Positions 12,995 through 23,778 of a DNA stretch of 64,000 bases are shown here, piece by piece; position 1 is the stretch's first letter, and every line of letters begins with the position of its first letter. The stretch is taken from assembly GCA_964016885.1 (NCBI GenBank), contig OZ024762.1:2666001-2730000 (forward strand), written 5' to 3'. The notes under the pieces are model-generated. The model searched no databases. It saw only the letters and a program-made list of their open reading frames with translations, and was not told the origin of the DNA. The stretch comes from Eledone cirrhosa. Taxonomy: Eukaryota. The translations under genes were made by a program, and so were the position numbers.

Positions 12995-13550
12995 TACATG
13001 TTGGCCTTGATATGTGTGTGTGTCTAAGCCTGCATATGTATATGTTAACCTTGACATGTGTGTGTTAGCTTCTGTGTGTATATGTGTGTGTGTGTGTGTG
13101 TATGTTGGCCTTGACATGTGTATATGCATTGGCCTTGAGGTCTCTGTGCGTGTGTGTATATGTTAGCCTCTGTGTGTGTATATGTTAGCTTCTATGTGTG
13201 TGTACATGTTAGTCTCTGTGTGTATGTGTATATGTTAGCCTGTGTGTGTATATGTTAGACTCTATATGTGTGTATATGAAAGCCGCTCTGTGTGTGTATA
13301 TGTTAGCCTCTATATGTGTGTATATGTTAGCCTCTGAGTGTGTATGTTAGCCTCTATATGTGTGTATATGTTAGCCTCTGAGTGTGTATGTTAGCCTCTG
13401 TATGTGTGTATATGTTAGCCTCTGTGTGTATATGTTAGCCTCTGAGTGTGTATATGTTAGTCTCTGTATGTGTGTATATGTTAGCCTCTGTGTGTGTGTA
13501 TATGTTAGCATCTGTGTGTGTATATGTTAGCCTCTGAGTGTGTGTGTGTG
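12995..13550. repeat. ~22-26-bp minisatellite TATGTTAGCCTCT(GT)n
   Basis: More than 20 degenerate units. Confidence 0.9.
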
Positions 13551-13897
13551 TGTTTCTCCTACAGTTAAATGTGTCCATGATGAGGTGCTATGTACATCAC
13601 TTGTCTAAATATATCCCCTGAAACACTTTCCATTTGTAAGGGACATACTTAACGAGCTGATAGTACCATGTAAACCACCATATTTCTTCCTCTCCAATTT
13701 GGTGAAGATAAAAAGGGGAGATTACTGTGGCTGTCTTAGCTTCTGTATTACACGTTGTAGCCTCCCTTGAAAATAAACCTCTGCATGTTAGTGTGTATGT
13801 ATATGTATATACGCACATATGGATGATGTATGTATATGTAAGCCCCCGACCGCGGCGCCAAGCGGTTTCGGCTTGTGTGTTCAATAAGCCTTTAGGG

Positions 13898-13948
<51 letters not shown>

Positions 13949-14149
13949 CTTAGGACAAGACAACGAAAGAAATCAAGGCAAAACAATTTTTTAAAGGGGA
14001 AACCTTAAAAAATTATTTTTTGAAAATAAAAATACAAACGAAAGACAGAGAACTCCAGGGTCTTCGGCCGTTGAGGTGGACTTTGGCAGTTTCGACGCCT
14101 GCCATCTGTACTACTAGTCCAACCGGGGTCATATATATATATATATATC

Positions 14150-14365
14150 CGAGGGGGTGCTGAAAAGTTCCTGGCTTCATCGCTGTTACAGAGGCCAGGT
14201 TGGAGGGCCGACCTTTCGAGTTATTTTTACAGGGCTTAGAAAAACCTAAGGACCCCTGCAATAAGTGTGTGAATCTGAGAGGGGAATTTGTTGAATAAAA
14301 TCATAATTAACTGATCCTTCTGTATTTTCTTTTACCCAAAGCCAGGAATTTCTCAGCACCTCCTC

Positions 14366-14366
<1 letters not shown>
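14150..14366. mobile_element. Mariner-type MITE
   Basis: TIRs CGAGGGGGTGCTGAAAAGTTCCTGGCTT / AAGCCAGGAATTTCTCAGCACCTCCTCG, inserted in (TA)n. Confidence 0.85.
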
Positions 14367-14423
<57 letters not shown>

Positions 14424-14550
14424 ATATATATATATATATATATGTGTGTGTATATATATATGTATATATATATTTATATATATATATATACATATACATA
14501 CATATATATATATATATGTATGTGTGTGTGTAATATATATACATTATATA

Positions 14551-14628
<78 letters not shown>

Positions 14629-14839
14629 ACACACAAACACACATATATATATACACATACTTATACATGTGTGTGTATTATATATATATATACATACTTT
14701 GGCATTCGTTTGGTTTTTGGTTCTGTTTATATATTATCAAGGATATTTGGTAGTCGGTGTTACCTGCTAAACCTTAGTAGTCTCTCTCTCTCTCTCTCTC
14801 TCTCGCTCGCTCTCTCTCGCTCGCTCTCGCTCTCTCTCG

Positions 14840-14878
<39 letters not shown>

Positions 14879-14891
14879 GCTCGCTCTCTCG

Positions 14892-14929
<38 letters not shown>

Positions 14930-14943
14930 CTCTCGCTCTCTCT

Positions 14944-14978
<35 letters not shown>

Positions 14979-15239
14979 GCTCTCGCTCTCTCGCTCTCTC
15001 TCTCTCTCTCGCTCTCTCTCTCGCTCTCTCTCTCTCTCTACCTCTTGCTGCAGACTGCTGAGTGTTACAGCTCTTCTTTCTCCCCTCATGCACCTCACCT
15101 CATCTCCTCATCACCACCACCACCACCATCTCTTCTGGTATGTACAGGAGCTGGAACTCTTGAGAGAAGAGGAATAACATGTTTTCTCTCTCTGTTGCTG
15201 CCTTGACTTAGGAGCTCACAACACACACACACACACATA

Positions 15240-15296
<57 letters not shown>

Positions 15297-15549
15297 ACAC
15301 ACACACATGTGTCTATATTGTATCTGTATTTTTGACCGTTGGTCAGTCAATGGCAACATTGAGGACCGAATAAATTAAATTAACCGATAGAAAAGACACA
15401 GAAGCGAAAACCAACCAAACAGTGAGTGTGTTCTGTTATTAATTCTGGCAATATTACACAAATATGGCCCTCCCCAAGTATAACAATATTTGTTTCGACA
15501 CACGATTTCATATCAAAAACCTCGCAAAACTAATTCATCGCCGTTATGG

Positions 15550-15932
15550 ATTGGCAGTATCGGTAGAGGGTCGGACGCCATGCTTTCCAGCATAGTTACG
15601 TCCCTTTACAGTCTGAGTTCAAATCCCGCCGAGGTTAACTTTGCCTTTCATCCTTACGGGGTCGATAAAATAAAGTACCAGTAATGCACTGGGATAATTG
15701 CTGGCCTTGTGCCTAAAGTAGAAACAGTTATATATATATATATATAGGCTGTGGATTGGCAGTATTGGTAGAGAGTCGGACGCCATGCTTTGACGCATAG
15801 AGTTACGGCCGTTGCTATTCTGAGTTCAAATCCCGCCGAGGTTAACTTTGCCTTTCATCCTTACGGGGTCGATAAAATAAAGTACCAGTAATGCACTGGA
15901 TAATTGCTGGCCTTGTGCCTAACGTAGAAACA
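15550..15932 (+). mobile_element. Two tandem copies of tRNA-derived SINE family B
   Basis: GAGTTCAAATCCC B box followed by GCCTTTCATCCTTACGGGGTCGATAAAATAAAGTACCAG (Nin/Deu-like central domain); copies at 15550-15727 and 15752-15932. Confidence 0.85.
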
Positions 15933-16056
15933 GTTATATATATATATATATATATTTATTTCGTTGACAAATATATCAATATGCCCAGACAGGCAGATAT
16001 ATTGCCCTTAGTATGACAGTGTGGTTTTAGCTCAATGTATATATATATATATTTAA

Positions 16057-16226
16057 TTGTTTCTACTTTAGGCACAAGGCCACCAATTACCCAGTGCATT
16101 ACTGGTACTTTATTTTATCGACCCCGTAAGGATGAAAGGCAAAGTCAACCTCGGCGGGATTTGAACTCAGATCGTAAAGGGACGTAACTATGCTGGAAAG
16201 CATGGCGTCCGACCCTCTACCGATAC
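16057..16226 (-). mobile_element. SINE family B, inverted copy
   Basis: Reverse complement of 15550-15727. Further copies at ~6990-7185(-), 24392-24590(+), 30338-30512(+), 52808-53005(-), 61255-61460(+) and 62278-62475(+). Confidence 0.85.
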
Positions 16227-16238
16227 TATATATATTTA

Positions 16239-16508
16239 ATGTATAATAAACAACACAGTATAAGTACCTCATTACCTGAGGTTTCCCCAACAGGACAAAC
16301 ACAAGAGACGCCCGCATTCGTTATTGCCTTATCTGATATTGCCTTATCTGACGAACGAATGTGGACGTCTCTTGTGTTCGTCCTGTTCGGGAAACCTCGG
16401 GTAATGAGGTAATTATACTGTGTTGTTTATTATACATAACATTTTTAGCTCTGTTACTTATATAGAGCACTCTTCATTCCTTTTACTTATTCCACGGAAA
16501 CTTCAACA

Positions 16509-16510
<2 letters not shown>
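16239..16510 (+). mobile_element. Fold-back element, family 2, carrying the complete hammerhead
   Basis: Arms 16239-16322/16354-16437; centre with a 15-nt duplication ATTGCCTTATCTGA(T); tail 16438-16510, then (TA)n. Confidence 0.8.
16341..16410 (+). ncRNA. Type I hammerhead ribozyme (Penelope/retrozyme-like)
   Basis: Stem I GCCTTAT/ATGAGGT; core CTGACGA (16348-16354); stem II CGAA..GGACG/CGTCC..TTCG; GAAAC (16391); short stem III loop CTCGG; GTA cleavage triplet (16401-16403). Confidence 0.8.
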
Positions 16511-16572
<62 letters not shown>

Positions 16573-16671
16573 ATGAAATACCAATGATCGTTGGCAAATC
16601 ACTGATGAGGGACTAATTTTATAATATGTAATCCATGTGCAATCATGCAGTATTCTTCTCCCCATGTTTTT

Positions 16672-16730
<59 letters not shown>

Positions 16731-16792
16731 TCATCATCATCATAGGTCTGCTTTTCCCTGCTTGCAAGGGTGGGACATATATATACTTTATA

Positions 16793-17040
16793 TTAAAGTT
16801 TATACACTTAACATGAATGCTTGACCTTAGGTTTCAGCTTCCAGTTATGTCCCTGTGCCTGACGAGTGAAACCAGCTTCAGAACAGCTGCACCACTATAC
16901 AGTGGTGGCCATAACTTGACTCCGAAAGTGCACATATACATGTTAAGTGTATGAAATTTAAAATATACTACATGATCTCTCTTGAACTAGATTGAGCATT
17001 GTTTTCCTCGGCTTTTTATCTACGGGTTTCTTGTACCCCC
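16793..17040 (+). mobile_element. Degenerate fold-back element with hammerhead remnants
   Basis: ATACACTTAACATG (16802) / CATGTTAAGTGTAT (16939) inverted pair; TGTGC-CTGACGA...CGAAA-GT-GCACA on +; left arm reads GAAAC-CTAAG-GTC on -. Confidence 0.55.
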
Positions 17041-17050
17041 CCCCCGCCGC

Positions 17051-17097
<47 letters not shown>

Positions 17098-17099
<2 letters not shown>

Positions 17100-17314
17100 G
17101 GAGCAACGTGAAATAAAGTGTCTTGCTCAAGGACATAACGCATCGCCCGATTCCTGGACCGGGCGTTGCGTTATGTCCTTGAGCAAGACACTTTATTTCA
17201 TGTTGCTCCTTCTACCTGGAGTTGCGACCAATAGATAGTACTAGAAAGCAACTGGAAAGACCAACGGAAACATTGTTTCCTCGGTCCGATTTGACGAAAG
17301 TCGATCGATCCTTT
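17098..17314 (+). mobile_element. Fold-back element whose arms are SINE core sequence
   Basis: 52-bp arms 17098-17149/17160-17211 made of the TCCTTGAGCAAGACACTTTATTTCA..TTGCTCC SINE domain; non-SINE ~100 nt tail; (TA)n flanks. Confidence 0.7.
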
Positions 17315-17712
17315 ATATATATATATATATTTATTAAAATAACAGATTAAAGTTTAAGCAAAGAATCGCTGCTTTCACCCTTAACGGGATCTTCTGAAAC
17401 TAAAAAAGTCAATCTGTGAACGCAGATGTAAATATTTCAAAAAACGTTGCGACCGAAGGAAGACAGGAAGACGATACTTTGGTTCGTGGAAACGTTCCCT
17501 GGCAAAGGACGGAAAAAAACGAAGATAATACGTCATTATTTGGTGCAGTGAAAACAATTACACGCGAAGACAAAACCACATTTATGGTATAAATAAAGTC
17601 GTAGACAAATATTCTCTTAGGTGGTTCATGGAGACGTTCTCTGGCAATGAATGGAAAAAACGAAGATAACACGTCATTATGTGGAGCAATTAGTCTTCAA
17701 ATTTATTATTAT

Positions 17713-17838
<126 letters not shown>

Positions 17839-18074
17839 ATATTTGGGGATGGTCATGTTGTCGATATTGCCAACAGAAAGAAACATATGCTCCATATAAT
17901 TTTCACTTTATCTTTATTGTTCGTTACTCATTTGTTTGTCGAAGTTCTTTCGTCACACATTCTGTGACCTCCTCAATAACTGTTTTGTGCCTCCCCTTTT
18001 TTCCTGGTCTTAAACTTCTACTCCATCTTGTCTTTGTTATTTTTCAAGAACCTCGCTGAACAAATATATATACA

Positions 18075-18153
18075 CAGGGTGTCCCCCCAAAATGTATACA
18101 CATACTCATTAGAATGCTGTTGAAATGTGTATACATTTTTGAGGGACATCCTG
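18075..18153. mobile_element. ~80-bp Tc1/mariner-type MITE
   Basis: TIRs CAGGGTGTCCC..AAAATGTATACACA / TGTGTATACATTTT..GGGACATCCTG. Relatives at 5004-5082, 5843-5942, 20839-20918, 33142-33219 and partial 3610-3690. Confidence 0.85.
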
Positions 18154-18314
18154 TATATGTATATATATATTCATTTTATACATATATTACTGGTTTCACT
18201 CCTTAAATTGTGGCCATGCTGGGGCACCCCGCCATATTTAAATCTATCGTATCCGTTTATACTGTTGTAAATATCCCAATCACAATTCCATCTTCTAAGT
18301 TTTTCTTTTTATGT

Positions 18315-18927
18315 GTTGTAGTAGTAGTAGTTGTAGTAGTAGTAGTTGTAGTAATGGTAGTAGTAGTAGTAGTAATGGTAGTAGTAGTAGTAGTAGTAGT
18401 AATGGTAGTAGTAGTAGTAATGGTAGTAGTAGTAGTAGTAGTAGTAATGGTAGTAGTAGTAGTAATGGTAGTAGTAGTAATGGTAGTAGTAGTAGTAGTA
18501 GTAATGGTAGTAGTAGTAGTAGTAATGGTAGTAGTAGTAGTAATGGTAGTAGTAGTAATGGTAGTAGTAGTAGTAGTAGTAGTAATGGTAGTAGTAGTAG
18601 TAGTAGTAATGGTAGTAGTAGTAGTAGTAGTAGTAGTAATGGTAGTAGTAGTAGTAGTAGTAATGGTAGTAGTAGTAGTAGTAGTAGTAGTAATGGTAGT
18701 AGTAGTAGTAGTAATGGTGGTAGTAGTAGTAGTAGTAATGGTGGTAGTAGTAATGGTAGTAGTAGTAGTAGTAGTAGTAGTAGGGGTGGTAGTAGCAGCA
18801 GTTGTAGTAGTAGTAGTGATAATAGTAGTAGTAGTAATAGTAGTAGTAGTAATGGTAGTAGTAGTTGTAGTAGTAGTAATGGTAGTAATGGTAGGGGGTG
18901 GCAGTAGTAGTAGTAGTAGCAGTAGTA
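18315..18927. repeat. (AGT)n microsatellite punctuated by AATGGT
   Basis: Direct reading; source of the poly-V/S/L ORFs. Confidence 0.95.
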
Positions 18928-19949
18928 ATTCTTCAATTCTACCTTTGAAAAGTAAAACTTTCTCTAACGTTGTTGGAACCTGGTCTAATATTACGATAAC
19001 TATTTGTCTTCCCCTCTCTCTCTACCTCTCCCTCTACCTATCTGTCTCTCTACCTCTCTTTCTACCACCTATCTATCTCTCTCTATCTACCTATCTCTCT
19101 CTCTACTTATCTGTCTCTCTCTCGACCTCTCTCTCTCTCTACCTATCTATCTCTCTCTATATCTATCTCTCTCTCTCTACTTATCTGTCTCTCTCTCGAC
19201 CTCTCTCTCTCTCTACCTATCTATCTCTCTCTATATCTATCTCTCTCTCTCTACCTATCTGTCTCTCTCTCCCTCTCTACCTATCTATCTCTCTCTCTAT
19301 CTCTCTACCTATCTGTCTCTCTCTCGACCTCTCTCTCTCTCTCTATCTACCTATCTCTCTATCTATCTACCTACCTATCTCTCTCTCTCTCTCGTCTGGC
19401 TACTAATTTGGTTCTGCCATCGGGGTGGGGTGGGTGATGCTGGTTCTCGCTCCCCTCCTTCCACCACCACCACTACTACCACCCCACCACCACCACCACC
19501 ACTACTACCACCCCACCACCACCACCACTACTACTACCACCCCACCACCACCACTATCACCGCTTCTTCGGCCTGGTACCGAAAAGTTTTCTTCTACCGT
19601 CTGCCAAAACAGAAAGAAGTTTTGTATATAGTAGTAGTAGTAGTAGTAGCAACAGTACGAGAGAGTCTGTGAGTGAGTGTATATATATATATACACACAC
19701 ATATATATAAATATATATATATTTATTTATATATATATATATACACACACACACATATATATCTAAATATATATATATTTATATATATACATACACACAC
19801 ACACACATATATATCTAAATATATATATATCTATCTATCTATATATATATATATATCCGTGAGTGAGTTTTTTTTTTTTTTTGGCAGTAACTAGTAGTCG
19901 TAGTAGTAAATACGACAGAAGCAGCAGCTTCGAGAGAGAGAGAGTGCGC

Positions 19950-19983
<34 letters not shown>

Positions 19984-20129
19984 GAATATATATGTCTCTC
20001 TCTTTCTCTCTCTCTCTATATATATATATGTCTGTGTGTTTGGCAGTGGGTCTGTAAGTAAGTAAGTAAGTAAGTTGGTTGGTAGGTAGGTTGGTTGGTT
20101 GGTTGGTAAGATAGTAAGTTTTAGTTATT

Positions 20130-20462
20130 ATGCATCAGCAGCCCAAGAAAGATGCGTTGACCAAAGTTGCTTCAGCCCAGCTCCTCTACACACGTTTAAC
20201 CCTCTACTACAGTAGCAAACTTGACATACATTGGCAGCGTTCCGTCCACTATTGTCCAGTTTGTGATGTACCCGAACTCAAACGGCTCCAGCTCGCGTGC
20301 GGGGCCATACATTACGGATGGTGCACGCCGCCGCCCTTTCCATCCAAACCAACACACCTCCCCCCCGCCACAGTCGTCGGTACCACCGCCACCGCCTCCA
20401 CCACCACACCATCCTGCCAAACTCATCAAAGGATTACGCATTGCTCCTCTCTTTCAAAACAG
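20130..20462 (+). CDS. Probable alternative first coding exon of the PP2A B'' gene (111 aa)
   Basis: Non-repetitive, CpG-retaining island between microsatellites. ATG at 20130 is open for exactly 111 codons to CAG|GTACGT, phase 0, compatible with exon 2. Complex N-terminal peptide with CPVC. Confidence 0.65.
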
Positions 20463-20554
20463 GTACGTGTGTATATATATATATGTGTATAAATATATAT
20501 ATGTATAAATATATGTATGTAAATATATGTATAAATGTGTATTTGTATGTGTTC

Positions 20555-20605
<51 letters not shown>

Positions 20606-21346
20606 TATGTATCTAAATGTATGTAAATATATGTATAAATGTGTATTTGTATGTGTACATATGTATATTTATATATATATATATATATATGAATATATGT
20701 ATATATATGTATATATGTATATAAATATGTATGTGTGTGTGTGTGTGTACATATATATATATATAAACGTGTGTCTGTGTTTACGTCTGTATATAATGTA
20801 TATATATATATGTATGTGTATGTCTGTCTGTATAGATACAGGGTTTCCCCCAAAAATTATATACACATATTTAGTAGAACGATGTTGAAGTGTGTATATA
20901 TTTTTTTGGGACGCCCTATATATATATATATATATATGATATGTTTACCCCAGGTTTAATCGGGGGTAGCCACAGTAAGTTACTCAAATTCTTTGAGATT
21001 TTCTGTTCTGGTCAGTAACAAAGTTGGCAAACTTTATTTCTTAAGACAGTTCTACATAGTTATGGATAAGTGAGCTTGTGTGTGTGTGTGTGTGTGTCTA
21101 TATAGGTGTGTGTGTGTGTGTGTGTGTGTCTATATAGGTGTGTGTGTGTGTGTGTGTGTGTGAGCTAGTGTGTGTATGTGTGTGTGTCTATATAGGTGTG
21201 TGCGTGTGTGTGTATGTGTAGGTATATAAATATGTGTATGTGTATGTGTGTATATATATATATATATATAAATATAGGTGTATGTGTAAAAGAGCCCTTT
21301 GTGTTTGTGCATATATATATGTAGGTATATATGTGTTAGTGAGCTA

Positions 21347-21378
<32 letters not shown>

Positions 21379-21550
21379 GTGTGTATATATGTAGCTGTAT
21401 ATACTTACTCATTTTATGAGTGGCCATATCTAAGTAGCTGTGTGTGTGTGTGTGTGTGATACTCTATATATGTGTGTGTAACAACGTTAGCCTTCAGGGC
21501 AGGGGGCGACTGATGAAGAAGATAATTGAATTATCTTCACAAAGTCCTGA

Positions 21551-22052
21551 TTGTGGCCATGCTGGGGCACTGCCTTTAGTTCATATCTTTCATTCTTTTA
21601 CTGGTTCCAGTCATTGGATTGTGGCCATGCTGGGGCACTGCCTTTAGTTCATATCTTTCATTCTTTTACTGGTTCCAGTCATTGGATTGTGGCCATGCTG
21701 GGGCACTGCCTTTAGTTCATATCTTTCATTCTTTTACTGGTTCCAGTCATTGGATTGTGGCCATGCTGGGGCACTGCTTTTAGTTCATATCTTTCATTCT
21801 TTTACTGGTTCCAGTCATTGGATTGTGGCCATGCTGGGGCACTGCTTTTAGTTCATATCTTTCATTCTTTTACTGGTTCCAGTCATTGGATTGTGGCCAT
21901 GCTGGGGCACTGCTTTTAGTTCATATCTTTCATTCTTTTACTGGTTCCAGTCATTGGATTGTGGCCATGCTGGGGCACTGCTTTTAGTTCATATCTTTCA
22001 TTCTTTTATTGGTTCCAGTCATTTGACTGTGGCCATGCTGGGGCACTGCTTT
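21551..22052. repeat. 68-bp minisatellite, ~7.4 copies
   Basis: TTGTGGCCATGCTGGGGCACTGC..CAGTCATTGGA at 21551, 21619 and onward; a monomer-like copy lies at ~18185-18232. Confidence 0.93.
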
Positions 22053-22094
22053 TACTAAGAATGTCTGGTGGTTGACTTTAGTACTGGTCTAACA

Positions 22095-22630
22095 TGCTTA
22101 CACAGTCAGAAACAGTACAGCTCCCAGACATTCAGAAACATATTTTCATGCTCAAAGTTGCTGAAGCATGGAACAAACTACCTGCATCAGTTGTTGTCAG
22201 GACACTGCATCCTTTAAAACTTCCATGGAACAAACTACCTGCATCAGTTGTTGTCAGGACACTGCATCCTTCAAAACTTCCATGGAACAAACTACCTGCA
22301 TCAGTTGTTGTCAGGACACTGCATCCTTTAAAACTTCCATGGAACAAACTACCTGCATCAGTTGTTGTCAGGACACTGCATCCTTCAAAACTTCCATGCT
22401 TCCTGAAATTCACCAACTCTACACATGATACCCCCCCCCCCCCAATACACATGCATGCATGTATCTGTATGTGTGTTGTGTGTGTGTCTGTGTGATGTGT
22501 GTGTGTGTATCTGTGTATATCATGACTCATACACTGTTCCCTTTCCTGACATTTGTACATTACTCTATGTACTATACATGCACCTTTGATGAGATGTAGT
22601 GCACCTGAGCACTATATACAGTAATTTTCA
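22095..22630 (+). mobile_element. CR1-type LINE 3' end with internal 57-bp tandem amplification
   Basis: KHIFMLKVAEAWNKLPASVV; 57-bp unit x4 (22167-22398). 3' UTR CATACACTGTTC..CCTGACATTTGTACATT..GCACCTGAGCACT recurs at 3445-3530 (+) and 57570-57880 (-, twice). Confidence 0.75.
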
Positions 22631-22844
22631 TTTGTATATGAAGGACTTTCATCGAGTTTCCAACAAACCAAGTTCCACTTCTGAGGCATTGGTCAGTCCA
22701 AAGCTACAGTAGGAGAAACTTGCTGAAGGTGTTACATAGTGAGACTGAAACCAGAACCATGTGGTTGCCAAACAAATTCCTTAACCCCACAGCCATAACT
22801 GCACTTATTGATTCTCTGTTCCTCGCATGTTCTTCAAATATGTG

Positions 22845-23285
22845 AAGGTACGTGGCCTTGTGGTTAGTGTTGGACTTATGATTGTAATGTCGTGGGTTTG
22901 ATTCATGGAACGAGTTCTTGAGCAAAATACTTCATTTCTTGTTGCTCCAGTAATGAGTACCAGCAGTAGTTGTAGGTTAACTTTGTGATGGATTGGTACC
23001 TTGTCCAGAGGGAAGACTTGTATGTTTAGTCACTTAACACCAATAAAACTGGGGTAAGCACTGGCCTTGTGAACCTCTGAGCTTTGGACAAACTTTAAAC
23101 CTGTGATGGACTGGTGTCTTGTCTATGAGGAAGTCTTGGACTCTGTCACTTAATGCCAATAAAACTGGGGTAAGCATGGCCTGATGATCAAAGGCTTCCG
23201 GACAAATTTTAAACCTGCAATGGATGGGTGTCCTGTCGATGAGGAAGTCTTGTCACTTAATGCCAACGAAACTGGGATAAACCGC
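22845..23285 (+). mobile_element. SINE family A-related copy with triplicated 3' segment
   Basis: GTGGCCTTGTGGTTAG head and TTGAGCAAAATACTTCATTTC core; AACCTG.GATGG.CTGGTGTC..GTCACTTAATGCCAA segment repeated about three times. Confidence 0.65.
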
Positions 23286-23652
23286 GTGTTTGGGGAAACA
23301 AATAAAATTCTTTGAATGCTACTTAAGTGGGAAATTTGGAAAATATAGCCACCACTTAGTTGTGAGTTTGATTCTTAGCGGTGCATTGTGTCCTTGAGCA
23401 AGATACTTTATATAGCTGCCACATGGTTGTGAGTTTGATTCCTGGTGGTGCATCGTGTCCTTGAGCAAGACACTTTATTTTACATTGATCAAAAACAAAT
23501 GGAACACACATCCTCGGAATTACGGGCGGTCCAGTTATATATACATATCTCTACGTACATACACACACACTCGTGCATACACACATACACACATTTATAT
23601 TTCTATATTTCTATTTATACATTTTACTAGTTAAAATGAGGTTTAGTGACTG

Positions 23653-23705
<53 letters not shown>

Positions 23706-23710
23706 TTAAT

Positions 23711-23778
<68 letters not shown>

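Noticed and set aside
15088-15143. [15 protein letters not shown] followed by TG|GTATGT
   Set aside because: Phase 2 donor is incompatible with exon 2, and the His run is a microsatellite.
16595-16660. CTGATGAG motif in a (TA)n-flanked island
   Set aside because: No GAAA, stem III or stem I partner downstream, so it cannot be called a hammerhead.
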